From NCBI GenBank assembly GCA_963766675.1, contig CAVYBA010000002.1:8662-72661 (forward strand): a stretch of DNA of 64,000 bases, in the 5' to 3' direction. How positions within the stretch are numbered: position 1 is the first letter of the stretch; every line of letters begins with the position of its first letter. Positions 9,470 to 19,872 of this stretch are shown here, in pieces. Below the pieces are notes generated by a model. That model saw only the letters and a list, made by a program, of their open reading frames with translations, had not been told where the DNA came from and ran no database searches. Source of the stretch: an uncultured Chloroflexia bacterium (GTDB lineage Bacteria; Chloroflexota; Limnocylindria; Limnocylindrales; CSP1-4). The translations under genes and the position numbers were made by a program.

Positions 9470-10459
9470 ATGCGCACCATCCGTCTCCTGCTCCCGATCG
9501 GTGGGATTGCCCTGATCGTCATGGCCTGCTCGGGCGCCGCCTCGGATGCCCGGCTGTCCGCCGTCGGCAACGCGGTCGGCAACGGGGAAGGCGGCACCGG
9601 CTACGGTGGCCCCGCTGTGGCGCCCGCCGCGAGCGCTGCGCCATCCGCCGCATCGACGGTGGAGAGCCCGAACGGCGACACGTCCACGAGCGTGGGGGCG
9701 ATCGGCGCTCGTGACGACGCCAGGATCATCCGGACGGGCTCGATCGACCTCCAGGTCAGCGACGTCCCCAAGGCGTTGCGCACGGCTCGCGACGGGATCG
9801 TCGCCCTTGGCGGCTACGTCGGTGCCTCGAACACGAGCAACGACGGCGATCAGCCGACCGCCGAGATCACCTACCGGATCCCCGCGGATCGATGGGAGGA
9901 CGCGCTTGATCTCCTGCGCGGGCTGAACGGCCTGACGACCAAGGTGGTCACCGAACAGACCCAGGCCGTCGAGGTGACCGGCCAGGTCATCGACCTGCAG
10001 GCCAGGATCAACAACCTGCAGGCCAGCGAAGTGGCCCTGCAGGGGATCGCCGAGCGCGCGACGAAGGTCAGCGACGTCCTCGAGGTCCAGGCCCAGCTCA
10101 CCGACGTTCGCGGCCAGATCGAGGAGCTGACGGCGCAGCTCAAGGACCTCAACGACCGCGCCGGTTACGCGACGCTGACGGCCCGGTTCAGTGTCCCGAT
10201 CGTCGCCACCAAGGTGGCCGCCAAGGGCTGGGAGCCCGGAGCCGTGGTCGACGAGGCGGCAGCCAGCATGATCTCGATCCTCCAGTCGCTGGCGGACGCC
10301 GGGATCTGGTTCCTGATCGTCTGGCTCCCAATCCTCCTCGTGCTGGGCCTGCTGGTCGCCGCGAGTGCCTGGCTGTTCCGGCGGATCGGGCCGGTTCGCC
10401 GCGGCGAGATCCTGCCGCCGCCCGCGCCGCCCACGGAGCCGATGACGAGCGGCAGCTAG
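9470..10459 (+). CDS. DUF4349-like lipoprotein with C-terminal TM
   Basis: Lipobox IVMAC; IIRTGSIDLQV and EVTGQVIDLQARI...; coiled coil; C-terminal TM. Confidence 0.8.
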   Translation: MRTIRLLLPIGGIALIVMACSGAASDARLSAVGNAVGNGEGGTGYGGPAVAPAASAAPSAASTVESPNGDTSTSVGAIGARDDARIIRTGSIDLQVSDVPKALRTARDGIVALGGYVGASNTSNDGDQPTAEITYRIPADRWEDALDLLRGLNGLTTKVVTEQTQAVEVTGQVIDLQARINNLQASEVALQGIAERATKVSDVLEVQAQLTDVRGQIEELTAQLKDLNDRAGYATLTARFSVPIVATKVAAKGWEPGAVVDEAAASMISILQSLADAGIWFLIVWLPILLVLGLLVAASAWLFRRIGPVRRGEILPPPAPPTEPMTSGS

Positions 10460-10520
10460 GCGGGCGGCGCGGCTGCCCGGCCGACCGCCGGGCAGGGACC
10501 ACGCATGGCACCATGCGCCG

Positions 10521-11348
10521 ATGACCGAGCAGGCCGAGCGCTACGACCGGATCGCCGAGGGATACGCGCAATGGTGGGCGCCCGTCCTGGCGCCCGCCGT
10601 GGCGTCATTGCTGGATCGTGTCGCAGGCGCCATCCCGACCCGGGCGGCCCGCCTGATCGACATCGGGACGGGCACCGGCCAGCTCGCACTTGGTGCGCTC
10701 GTCCGATGGCCAGAAGTCACGATCGTCGGCGTCGACGCGTCGGCCGGGATGCGCGCGATGGCCGATGCCAATGCGGAACGTCAGCTCGACCGCGCCGCTC
10801 GTTCACGCTTCCGGTCCGCCGTCGCCTTCGCCCACGAGCTGCCGTTCGAGGACGGGACCTTCGACCTCGCGCTGTCGTCGTTCGTCTTCCAGCTGGTCCC
10901 CAACCGGGCGATGGCGCTGCGCGAGGCGCGGCGGGTCCTCCGGCCGGGCGGAACGCTGGCCTACGTGTCGTGGCTCCAGGACGACCGCCCGTTCCAGCCC
11001 GACCTGGTCTTCGACGACGTGCTCGACGAACTGGGCATCGACGCTCGCGACGGTGACGATCCGTCTGGCGACCTGCCGTCGATCGAACGAGCGGCCGGCG
11101 AGCTCCGGCGGGCCGGTTTTGCCGGCGCGCAGGCCGAAGCGGGCGTGCTCGAGCACCGGTTCACGGTCGAGTCGTACGTCGCCTTCCTCGCCGAGTTCGA
11201 CGAGCAGACCCTGTTCGAGAATCTCGAGCACGGGCTGCGCGAGCGGCTGGTGGACGAGCTCCGCGGACGCCTGACGACCCTGTCCGCCGACCAGATGACC
11301 CTTCGGGCGGCGGTCGTCTTCGCGTCCGGGCGCCGCTCCGGCGCCTGA
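10521..11348 (+). CDS. Class I SAM-dependent methyltransferase
   Basis: LIDIGTGTG, GVDASAGM, LPFEDGTFD, RVLRPGG. Confidence 0.9.
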   Translation: MTEQAERYDRIAEGYAQWWAPVLAPAVASLLDRVAGAIPTRAARLIDIGTGTGQLALGALVRWPEVTIVGVDASAGMRAMADANAERQLDRAARSRFRSAVAFAHELPFEDGTFDLALSSFVFQLVPNRAMALREARRVLRPGGTLAYVSWLQDDRPFQPDLVFDDVLDELGIDARDGDDPSGDLPSIERAAGELRRAGFAGAQAEAGVLEHRFTVESYVAFLAEFDEQTLFENLEHGLRERLVDELRGRLTTLSADQMTLRAAVVFASGRRSGA

Positions 11349-11363
11349 GATCGCCGGTCGGGA

Positions 11364-12035
11364 TCAGCCTTCGCCGGTCTCCGCTGCGTCGCCTTGGGAC
11401 GGCGCTTCGCCCTCGGCGACAGCTTCGCCTTCGGCCACCTCGGCGACCTCGGCTGCGACGGGCTCCTCCTCGACGCGCGGCGGCTGGACCTTGGCGATGA
11501 TCTCCTCGCCGTCGGTCAGGAGGGTGACGTCGCTCGGGACGACCAGGTCGCGGACGTGCAGGGCGGTGTCGAAATCGACGATGGACTCGACCGAGTACTC
11601 GATCGACTGGGGCAGGTGATCCGGCAACGCACGGACGCGAACGGACTCCATCGGATGGAGCAGCGTCCCACCGTGCTGGGTGACCGCGATCGAGTCGCCG
11701 ATTGCGACGAGGGGCACGTCGACGGTCAGTTCCTCGGTCATGCGGACGAGGAACAGGTCGACGTGGAGCGGTCTTCGGTTGACCGGGTGCACGTGGACGC
11801 CGTGGATCAGCACGGGCTGGGCCTTCTTGCCATCGATCGACAGGTCGACCAGGGCGTTCGGCCCGGTGTGCCGGCGCAGTTGCTCGAATTCGTGCGTGTC
11901 GACCGAGACGTTGGCGGAGTCGATGCCGTGGCCGTAGACGACGCCGGGCAGGCGGCCGGCCCGGCGCAGCGTGGCGACCTTCTTGCCGGTCAGGTCGCGG
12001 TGTTCGGCCGCAAGCGTCGCGCGGGCGGTGGACAT
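11364..12035 (-). CDS. rplY: 50S ribosomal protein L25/general stress protein Ctc
   Basis: LRRAGRLPGVVYG, HVDL, two-domain L25 with acidic tail. Confidence 0.95.
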   Translation of the reverse strand: MSTARATLAAEHRDLTGKKVATLRRAGRLPGVVYGHGIDSANVSVDTHEFEQLRRHTGPNALVDLSIDGKKAQPVLIHGVHVHPVNRRPLHVDLFLVRMTEELTVDVPLVAIGDSIAVTQHGGTLLHPMESVRVRALPDHLPQSIEYSVESIVDFDTALHVRDLVVPSDVTLLTDGEEIIAKVQPPRVEEEPVAAEVAEVAEGEAVAEGEAPSQGDAAETGEG

Positions 12036-12212
12036 GATCGGGAACCTCTGGCTTGGAGCTCGTGTGGGTGACGGGCCGCGGCTCGCCGGCGGGGCCGGAA
12101 TGGCGAGGCGCCCGGAAGCACGCGTACCTTACCACGAGGGTGCGCCTCGACCCTCCAATTCGATGCCGCGACTGCGGCGGTGCGCTCCCAGGCGGCGGTG
12201 TAGCATCCCGGC

Positions 12213-12911
12213 GTGTCCGCCACCATCCTGATCGTCGAGGACGAGCACGCGGTCGCCCGCGGGATCCAGTACGCCCTCCAGCAGGAGGGCTACGAGGTCG
12301 CCATCGCGCGCTCGGGCGAGGAGGGCCTGGACATCGCCACGCACCAGGCGCCCGACCTGGTCGTGCTCGACGTCCGCCTGCCGGGGATCGACGGTTTGGA
12401 GGTCCTGCGACGGTTGCGGGCGAGCGGCGCAAAGATGCCGGTGCTCGTCCTGACCGCCCGGGACGAGGAGGTGGACAAGGTCATCGGGCTAGAGCTCGGG
12501 GCCGACGACTACCTGACCAAGCCGTTCGGGCTGCGCGAGCTGATGAGCCGGATCAAGGCGCTCCTCCGTCGCTCGTACGGCGACCTGTCCGATGCGGCCG
12601 GCGGCCGGGTCATCCGTCACGGCGACCTGCTCATCGACCTCGAGCGGCGACGCGTCCAGCGAGGGACACGCCGGATCAGCCTGACCCCGACCGAATTCGA
12701 GATCCTGCGCCACCTCGCCTCGCGGCCGGGACGCGTCTACACGCGCAGCGAGCTCCTCGAGCTGCTGAGGGACTACGAGGCGCTCGACCAGGACGAGAAG
12801 ACGATCAACGTCCACGTCAGCCACCTGCGCGACAAGATCGAGGACGACCCCACGGCGCCGGCCTTCGTGCTCACGGTTCGAGGTGTCGGGTACGCCTTTG
12901 CCGAGCGCTGA
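12213..12911 (+). CDS. OmpR-family response regulator
   Basis: ILIVEDE, VVLDVRLP, GADDYLTKPF, LTPTEFEIL, TVRGVGY. Confidence 0.95.
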   Translation: MSATILIVEDEHAVARGIQYALQQEGYEVAIARSGEEGLDIATHQAPDLVVLDVRLPGIDGLEVLRRLRASGAKMPVLVLTARDEEVDKVIGLELGADDYLTKPFGLRELMSRIKALLRRSYGDLSDAAGGRVIRHGDLLIDLERRRVQRGTRRISLTPTEFEILRHLASRPGRVYTRSELLELLRDYEALDQDEKTINVHVSHLRDKIEDDPTAPAFVLTVRGVGYAFAER

Positions 12912-14601
12912 GGGCGCCGGCAACCAGGCCGTCCGTGGGCTGCGCCTGCCCCGCATCCACCTGCCGCGACGGATCCGGCGACTCCTTCCCCGGACCTTCC
13001 AGGGGCGCCTGACGATCGCGTTCATCGCGGTCATCGCCCTGGTCCTCGTCCTCGTGACGGTGCTGGTCCTGAACCGCCTTGACGACTACTTCTCGCGCCA
13101 GCAGACGACGGACCTCGAGCAACGGTCGCAGACCGTCAGCAGCTACGTCCAGAGCCTCGCCCGCGGAGCCGCCGAGGGACGGCCGGTCGTGGGCATCGAC
13201 AACGTCGTCGACCCGGCCGTGATCGCCGAGTTGTCCGACCGTGACCAGCAGCGGGTCATTGCCGACCGGCTCGGCCAGGCCGACGTCGAGATCCAGTTCG
13301 GCCGGCTGCAGTCGTCCGGTGAGCAGCTGGTCCCCGTGCCCGCCGCCGACGCGCCGATCCAGATCGCGCTCGAGGCGCCGGCCGCCGCCGGCCAGACCCA
13401 GGAGCGCAACGCGATGGTCTCCGAGTGGTATTCGGCCGGAGCACTGTTCCAGCCGTATGCCATCAAGATCACCCTGGCCAACCCGTATACCTTCCGGGCG
13501 ACGGCGCTGGCCAATGTCACCGGATTGCTGGCCGCCATCGCCCTCTTCGCGCTCGCGCTCAGCGTGGTCGTATCGACCATGATGGCGCGCCGCTTCACGA
13601 CGCCCCTGCGACGCCTGACCGAGGCGTCACGCGGGCTGGCCGAAGGCGACCTCAGCCGACGCGTCCCATCGAGCCACGTGCGGGCCGGGTCGTCCGAGCT
13701 GGCCGAGCTCGCGGTCCAGTTCAACGCGATGGCCGAACGGCTCGAGGAGAGCGTCGAGATCATCCGCCGCGATCGCGACCGGAGCCGCGACTTCCTCGCG
13801 GACGTGTCGCACGAGCTCCGGACGCCGCTTGCCGCGCTGCGGACGTTCAACGAGCTGCTCCGCGAAGGGGCGGCGGACGACCCCGTCGCTCGGGTCGAGT
13901 TCCTCGAATCGAGCGGCCAGCAGATCGAGCGACTCGACTGGCTGGCCCAGAATCTGCTCGAACTATCAAAGCTCGATTCGGGCCTGGTGCTGCTCGACCT
14001 GCGTCCGGACGACCTCCGCGCGGCGGTCGAGTCGGCGGTCGAGCAGAACGGTTCCGCGGCCGAACGTCGGGGGGTGGCCCTGACGCTCGACCTGCCGGCC
14101 GCGCCGATCCGAATCCGCCACGATCCCCAGCGGATCGGGCAGGTCGTCGCCAATCTCGTCGCGAACGCGGTCAAGTTCACCGGTCGCGGGGGATCGGTCA
14201 CGATCGAGGTTGCGGCGACCGCCGACGGCGCCCGGATCGACGTGACCGACACCGGCGTCGGCATCGACACGTCCGAACTTCCGCACATCTTCGAGCGGTT
14301 CTATCGCGGGTCGCGCGCGAACGAGGCTCGCGGGAGCGGCAGCGGGCTCGGACTTGCCATCGTCCATTCGATCGTCGACATGCACGGCGGGCGGGTAATC
14401 GTCGAGAGCCGCGTCGGAAGCGGATCGCGCTTCACGGTCACCCTGCCCCGCGATCCACGCCTCGTGGCGGGCACGCCGGCAGCCGAGCGAGCCGACGTGG
14501 CGTCCGCGGCCGCAGCGGAGGCCCGCGCGACGCCGATCCGCAACGTGCAGGAAACTTCACCTTCCGAGCGCTCGCAGGTGAATCCGAATCCCGCACCCTG
14601 A
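12883..14601 (+). CDS. HAMP-domain sensor histidine kinase (start uncertain)
   Basis: Two TMs, HAMP, H-box DVSHELRTPL, NAVKFT, DTGVG, GSGLGLAI. Confidence 0.93.
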   Translation: MSGTPLPSAEGAGNQAVRGLRLPRIHLPRRIRRLLPRTFQGRLTIAFIAVIALVLVLVTVLVLNRLDDYFSRQQTTDLEQRSQTVSSYVQSLARGAAEGRPVVGIDNVVDPAVIAELSDRDQQRVIADRLGQADVEIQFGRLQSSGEQLVPVPAADAPIQIALEAPAAAGQTQERNAMVSEWYSAGALFQPYAIKITLANPYTFRATALANVTGLLAAIALFALALSVVVSTMMARRFTTPLRRLTEASRGLAEGDLSRRVPSSHVRAGSSELAELAVQFNAMAERLEESVEIIRRDRDRSRDFLADVSHELRTPLAALRTFNELLREGAADDPVARVEFLESSGQQIERLDWLAQNLLELSKLDSGLVLLDLRPDDLRAAVESAVEQNGSAAERRGVALTLDLPAAPIRIRHDPQRIGQVVANLVANAVKFTGRGGSVTIEVAATADGARIDVTDTGVGIDTSELPHIFERFYRGSRANEARGSGSGLGLAIVHSIVDMHGGRVIVESRVGSGSRFTVTLPRDPRLVAGTPAAERADVASAAAAEARATPIRNVQETSPSERSQVNPNPAP

Positions 14602-14663
14602 GGACAGCCTGACCGTCTGCCACCCGGCCATCGCGGCCGGCACTCCCGAGGAACCCGACCACC

Positions 14664-16088
14664 ATGCATGAAGATCCCAAGCTCGACGCCGCCGACGACG
14701 GGTCGGTGACCGAGCGGTACCCCATCCCGCCGGCCGAGGCCGCCGCCTCAGCCGAGCCCCCCGCGGCGGAGACGACGTCGACGTCGCCCGGCGATCCGAC
14801 GGCACCCGTCGACCGGTACATGCCGGCATCCGAGCCGCGACCCGACTGGACTCGCGACCCCGCGACCGACACGACGGCGACCCCGGAGCGCTGGTACGAG
14901 CCAGCCCCGACGATCGAGCCGGTCGTGGCGGAGAAGGCGCCGCCGCGGGCTCGCGGCGGCGTGGGGACGGTGCTCGGCGCGGCCGTGCTGTCCGCCGTCC
15001 TGGCATCCGGTGGCACGGTCCTGGCCCTCAATGCGAGCGGGGCGCTCGACCGCCCGGTGACGACTGCCCCGGCAAGCAGCGGACAGGGCACCAAGATCGG
15101 CGCTCCGCAACCGGTCGCCATCGATGAATCGTCGGCGACCATCAACGTCGCCGCCAAGGTCAACCCCGCCGTCGTCCGGATCACGGTGACCGGCGCGTCC
15201 GGTGCCGGCGATCTCGGGGTCATCCCGGCGACGGGCGTCGGGTCCGGCGTCATCTTCAACAGCAACGGCTGGATCCTGACCAACCACCACGTCGTCGAGG
15301 GCGGCACGAAGTTCGACGTCCAGCTCTATGACGGCCGCGTGTTCAGCGGCTCCGTCTACGGGATCGACACCCTGACCGACCTCGCCATCGTCAAGGTCGA
15401 CGCGACGGGGCTGCCGACCGCCTCGATCGGTGAGTCGGACGCGCTCAAGGTCGGCCAGCTGGTCATCGCCATCGGCAGTCCGCTCGGGACGTATTCCAAC
15501 TCGGTCACGAGCGGGATCGTGTCGGCCAAGGGTCGCTCGATCACGACCGACGGCAACCAGTCCCTGACCAACCTCATCCAGACCGATGCGGCGATCAACC
15601 CCGGCAACTCCGGCGGACCGCTGCTCGACGCCGACGGCAACATCGTCGGGATCAACACCGCGATCGCCAGCAACAGCAACGGGATCGGCTTCGCGATCCC
15701 GATCGACATCGCTCGCCCGATCATGGACCAGGCCGTGGCCGGCCAGAAGCTGACACGACCCTACCTCGGCATCCGCTTCGTGAGCATCACCCGGCAACTG
15801 GCCGACGAAGAGAAGCTCCCGGTCCAGGAAGGTGCCCTGGTTGGCGGTCGCGACGCGAACGGCAATCCGACGACGGGGGTCGAGGCGGGCACGCCGGCCG
15901 CGGCCGCCGGGATCAAGGATGGCGACATCATCGTGAGCGTGAACGGCAAGGCGATCGATGAAGGCCATCCGCTCGACGCAACGCTTGCCCAGTTCTCACC
16001 GGGTGACACCGTGAGCGTCGAAGTCCTCCGTGACGGCCAGCACGTCACGCTCCAGGTGACGCTCGGGACGCGACCCTCGGGGCTCTAG
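14664..16088 (+). CDS. HtrA/DegP-like trypsin serine protease with PDZ
   Basis: TNHHVV, DLAIVK, QTDAAINPGNSGGPL, C-terminal PDZ; N-terminal TM. Confidence 0.95.
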   Translation: MHEDPKLDAADDGSVTERYPIPPAEAAASAEPPAAETTSTSPGDPTAPVDRYMPASEPRPDWTRDPATDTTATPERWYEPAPTIEPVVAEKAPPRARGGVGTVLGAAVLSAVLASGGTVLALNASGALDRPVTTAPASSGQGTKIGAPQPVAIDESSATINVAAKVNPAVVRITVTGASGAGDLGVIPATGVGSGVIFNSNGWILTNHHVVEGGTKFDVQLYDGRVFSGSVYGIDTLTDLAIVKVDATGLPTASIGESDALKVGQLVIAIGSPLGTYSNSVTSGIVSAKGRSITTDGNQSLTNLIQTDAAINPGNSGGPLLDADGNIVGINTAIASNSNGIGFAIPIDIARPIMDQAVAGQKLTRPYLGIRFVSITRQLADEEKLPVQEGALVGGRDANGNPTTGVEAGTPAAAAGIKDGDIIVSVNGKAIDEGHPLDATLAQFSPGDTVSVEVLRDGQHVTLQVTLGTRPSGL

Positions 16089-16161
16089 CCGGTCGACATG
16101 CTCCAGGCAACTGGCGGTGGCGCCGGGCGACCGCCGGCGCGACTGCTGCGGCCGGGACGGG

Positions 16162-16620
16162 TCAGGACTCGGCGTCTCCCCACAGGCTCCAGGCCGGCTC
16201 GGCGTTGGCTCCTAGCAGGGACGCCGCGGGCGCGTCACCGACCGCTTCGGTCCGACCGGCGACGGGCTGATGGTCCCCGCCGTCGCGACCGGCGTCGGCG
16301 CGAACTTCGATGAAATCGCGCAACCGAACGGTCGTTCGATCCGTCACCGGTTCGAGTGCCCAGCCGGCCGCCGGTCCGAGGGTCGGCCGAGCAGGCGTCC
16401 CCGGGGCGCCCGGAGCGTCGAGCGACTCCCAGCAATCCCGGATCTCGTCCCCCCGCAGCGGCGTCCGTTGGCGGTCCAGTCCGCAGTAGCCGATCTGGGC
16501 TGCGACCGATCGCCGGAAGTGACGGCAGGAGCCGCAGGCGGTGCTCGATCGATGGCAGACCCAGCAGCGCGCCGTCTCGGCCTGAGGTGTCGCGCAATGG
16601 GGACAGCGCCACATCGGCAT
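16162..16620 (-). CDS. Cys-rich hypothetical protein (putative metal binding)
   Basis: MPMWRCPHC...CWVC...CGSC...YC...CW; -10 TACCAT 6 nt before the ATG. Confidence 0.65.
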   Translation of the reverse strand: MPMWRCPHCATPQAETARCWVCHRSSTACGSCRHFRRSVAAQIGYCGLDRQRTPLRGDEIRDCWESLDAPGAPGTPARPTLGPAAGWALEPVTDRTTVRLRDFIEVRADAGRDGGDHQPVAGRTEAVGDAPAASLLGANAEPAWSLWGDAES

Positions 16621-16712
16621 GCCCCGATGGTAGCTGCGCCGCGGCCCGCTGTCGACACCCTGCACCCGGCCATGACCCGACCGGTCGCTGCCTCGACTGT
16701 CCCGTGGAGGCA

Positions 16713-17927
16713 CTACGACGGGCTGGGGCCCGGCTGGATCGTGATGACCGACTGATCCTGCGTCGAGCCGAATTGGTCGCTCGAGACCAGGACGGTCGCT
16801 AGGCCCTGGCCGGGATCGGCGCCGGCCGGGATCGACGTCGTAAACGACGCCCGGCCGTCGGCGTCGGTCACCTCGTCGCCGGTCACCGTCGGGATTCCCG
16901 GGATGCTCAGGGTGAACGTGACCGCGGCTCCGACCAAGGCGTTGCCGTCCGGATCGGAGACGGCGACCCGCAAGGTGAGGTCTGCCGGCAGCTTGGCCAC
17001 GGAGAGCCGATACGCCGACGCGCCGAGCGTCGCCGTCAGCTTGCCGTTGCCGCGGCGAACGGTCAGGACCATCGACTTGGCGTTCCCGGCGGGATCCGTC
17101 CCGGTGATCGTGATCTCGTTGATCCCCGTCCCGAGCGCGAGCGTGAGCGTGAACGTGCCGTCTGTCGCAGCCGAGCCGGTCACCGACGCACCGTTGGCGG
17201 CGTTGTGCGCGATCAGCGTCGACCGGCCCTGCGTCTTGCCGACGATGGCCACGCTGTCGCCGTTGACGACCGAGCCCTCGGTGGGCGAGGTGATCGTGAT
17301 CTTGGCCGGCGCCTGGTCGAGGACGTAGCGGGCGACCGCCGACGGCTGCGACTCGCCGCCGGGCCCGACGATCGTGACCGAGAAGTCGTTGATCCCCTTG
17401 GTCAGCTCGACCGGGACGATCGTCTGGGCCGTGGCCGACAGCGGCGCTTCCTGGATCGGGGCCGGGGACTGGTCCTTGAGGGCCAGGTAGACGCGGATCC
17501 GCTGGCTCGGATCGCCGATCACGCCGGGCGGGACCGTGACCACGAGGTCGACGGTCGAATCCTGGGTGTACGGTTCGGCGGGCTCCTGGAGGGTGGGCGC
17601 GTCCGCGACCGCCACCAGCGACGGCTTCGGCGTCGGTGCCGTGGTGACGCTCGTCACGAATCCCCCGAGCGCAGAGCTGAGCCCGCCGAAGACACGGCTC
17701 AACCCGCCCGACCCGACGTACAGGACCGCCACGCCGAGGACGCCGATGGCGACGATGAGCCCGAGCTTCCCGATCAGCGGGATCCCGCGGCTGCGCTGGA
17801 TCGGTCGATGGACCGACAGCCGCGTCGACGATGGGGCGCGCGGTCGGGTCCTGACCGGGGACGGACGGCCATTCGACGGGGGGCGGGGACGGACGTGCGT
17901 CTGCCGCGGGTCGCGCCGAGTCGTCAT
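16713..17927 (-). CDS. Membrane-anchored protein with bacterial Ig-like domains
   Basis: Basic N-terminus, TM, beta-rich repeats (LTKGINDFSV; LGTGINEITITGTDPAGN; TDADGRASF). Confidence 0.75.
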   Translation of the reverse strand: MTTRRDPRQTHVRPRPPSNGRPSPVRTRPRAPSSTRLSVHRPIQRSRGIPLIGKLGLIVAIGVLGVAVLYVGSGGLSRVFGGLSSALGGFVTSVTTAPTPKPSLVAVADAPTLQEPAEPYTQDSTVDLVVTVPPGVIGDPSQRIRVYLALKDQSPAPIQEAPLSATAQTIVPVELTKGINDFSVTIVGPGGESQPSAVARYVLDQAPAKITITSPTEGSVVNGDSVAIVGKTQGRSTLIAHNAANGASVTGSAATDGTFTLTLALGTGINEITITGTDPAGNAKSMVLTVRRGNGKLTATLGASAYRLSVAKLPADLTLRVAVSDPDGNALVGAAVTFTLSIPGIPTVTGDEVTDADGRASFTTSIPAGADPGQGLATVLVSSDQFGSTQDQSVITIQPGPSPS

Positions 17928-18062
17928 CGCCACGGATTGTCGCACGTGCCGATCCCATCCGGCCGGAATCCGGGATCGTGCCATCAGGTGCACTGCGTTG
18001 TACTCTGGCCGGGTCGCGCGCGTGACGAAGGCGTCGCGCGCGGTCGCTTCGAGGGAGGAAGC

Positions 18063-18503
18063 GTGCAGCCTCGCGATCCACGATCAGGGCGCCCGACGGC
18101 CGGCCCGACGGGCCGACCCGCCTTCGGCGTTGGCCCCATCGCTCGCGTGACCCCGTCGCCGCTCGTCGCGCGATCGGCCCCGGCGGCACCACAGGCCCCG
18201 ACCAACGGCGGCCGTCAGCCCACGGGCCCGGGACCCGTGGCGATGCGCCAGCTGCCGGCCGGCTTCGGGCTGCCGAACCTGCGCCGCAACGTCTGCCCGC
18301 ATTTCTACATGACCGGGGCCCGGGGGGCCATCCCCATCCAGGCGCCACACCTGTTGAAGGCACTGATCCGCCAGGACAGCACGACGTCCCGCTGCCAGCT
18401 CCGTGGCGGCGTCCACCTGGAGCAGGGCTACGTCAACGACGTCTGCCTGACACCCCGCTTCAACCAGTGCATCTTCTACGAGGAAGAGCTGACCCGAGAG
18501 TGA
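18063..18503 (+). CDS. Hypothetical protein with C-terminal 4-Cys domain
   Basis: GAGGGAGGA RBS then GTG; CPHF...RC...VC...QCIFY; ends 10 nt before folC. Confidence 0.6.
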   Translation: MQPRDPRSGRPTAGPTGRPAFGVGPIARVTPSPLVARSAPAAPQAPTNGGRQPTGPGPVAMRQLPAGFGLPNLRRNVCPHFYMTGARGAIPIQAPHLLKALIRQDSTTSRCQLRGGVHLEQGYVNDVCLTPRFNQCIFYEEELTRE

Positions 18504-18513
18504 CGGGCGAGGG

Positions 18514-19872
18514 ATGACCGTCACCGGGGCGGGCCTGGACTACCGGTCCGCGGTCAAGGCGCTCGAGGCCCGCGGACGGTTCGGCGTTCAGCTCGGGCTC
18601 GGCCGGACCCGGGCACTGCTGGCGGCGCTCGACCACCCGGAGCGCGCCGTCCGGGGCGCCCTGGTCGCGGGGACCAACGGGAAAGGCAGCGTCCTGGCGC
18701 TGGCGGACGCGGCGTTGCGGGCCGCCGGCCATCGCGTCGGGTCGACACCCAAGCCGCATCTCGTCTCGTATCGGGAACGGATCCAGCTCGACGGCCGGCC
18801 GATCGACCCGGACGACTTCTGCCGGCTCGCCGCGCGGGTGCTGGCGCTCAGCGATGGCGTGGCCCGACGTCACGGCGAGCCGACCGAATTCGAGCTGCTG
18901 ACGGCGCTCGTGTTCGCTCGTTTCGCCGAGGTCCGCCCGGACGTGGCACTCGTCGAGGTGGGCCTCGGTGGCCGGCTGGACGCGACGCATGCCTGGGATG
19001 GCGGCGTCGCCGCCGTCACCAACGTCACCCTCGATCACACCGACCGATTGGGCAGCACGGTGACGGCGATCGCCCGCGAGAAGGCCGCGATCATCGAGCG
19101 AGGCGACCTGGCCGTCACCGGCGCGGACGGCGACGGCCTGACCGTGATCCGCGGCCGGGCCCGGCGGCTGGGCGTGCCGCTGCACGAGGTCGGACCTGCC
19201 CCACTCCTGGGCTGGGATCGCGACGGCATCGAGGTCGAGCTACCGCGGCTTGGCCGGACGCGGGTGTCGCTGCGCGGCCGTCACCAGGCGGCCAACGTTG
19301 CGCTCGCCGACGCTCTCCTCAATTCCCTCGAGGAGGCGGGCATCGTCAGCACGCCGCGCGACGCTCGGCGCACCGGCTACGCGAACGCGGTCTGGCCGGG
19401 GCGCCTCGAGCTTGTCGAGGTCGACCACCGGGACGTGCTCCTCGACGGCGCCCACAACCCGGCCGGTGCCGCCGCCCTGGCGGTCGCCCTCGACGACCTG
19501 GCGCCGTTCCTGGGTGACGGGCCGCTGACGCTCGTGACGGCGTCGATGGCCGACAAGGACGTCGACGGCGTGATCACCGCGCTGGATGGGGCCCGGGCGA
19601 TGGTCGGCGCCACGATCGTCTGCACCAGCCTCGGCCTGGCGCGCGCCATGAACGCCGCCGAGCTCGCGGCGCGGTGGCGACGGCAGCGACCGGGCTCGAC
19701 CGTGCTCGTCGAACCGGATCCCGTGGCCGCGCTCGATCGCGCCCTGTCACGCTCCGCTGGCGAAACCGGACCGGTCGTCGTGGCCGGTTCGCTCTATCTT
19801 GTCGGAGCCGCCCGGGCGCATCTGGTCGACGACCCGAGCCTGCGCGATCCGATCCCCTCCGAGGACGCATGA
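18514..19872 (+). CDS. folC: Folylpolyglutamate synthase/dihydrofolate synthase
   Basis: VAGTNGKGS, EVGLGGRLDAT, WPGRLE, LDGAHNP, GSLYLVG. Confidence 0.95.
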   Translation: MTVTGAGLDYRSAVKALEARGRFGVQLGLGRTRALLAALDHPERAVRGALVAGTNGKGSVLALADAALRAAGHRVGSTPKPHLVSYRERIQLDGRPIDPDDFCRLAARVLALSDGVARRHGEPTEFELLTALVFARFAEVRPDVALVEVGLGGRLDATHAWDGGVAAVTNVTLDHTDRLGSTVTAIAREKAAIIERGDLAVTGADGDGLTVIRGRARRLGVPLHEVGPAPLLGWDRDGIEVELPRLGRTRVSLRGRHQAANVALADALLNSLEEAGIVSTPRDARRTGYANAVWPGRLELVEVDHRDVLLDGAHNPAGAAALAVALDDLAPFLGDGPLTLVTASMADKDVDGVITALDGARAMVGATIVCTSLGLARAMNAAELAARWRRQRPGSTVLVEPDPVAALDRALSRSAGETGPVVVAGSLYLVGAARAHLVDDPSLRDPIPSEDA

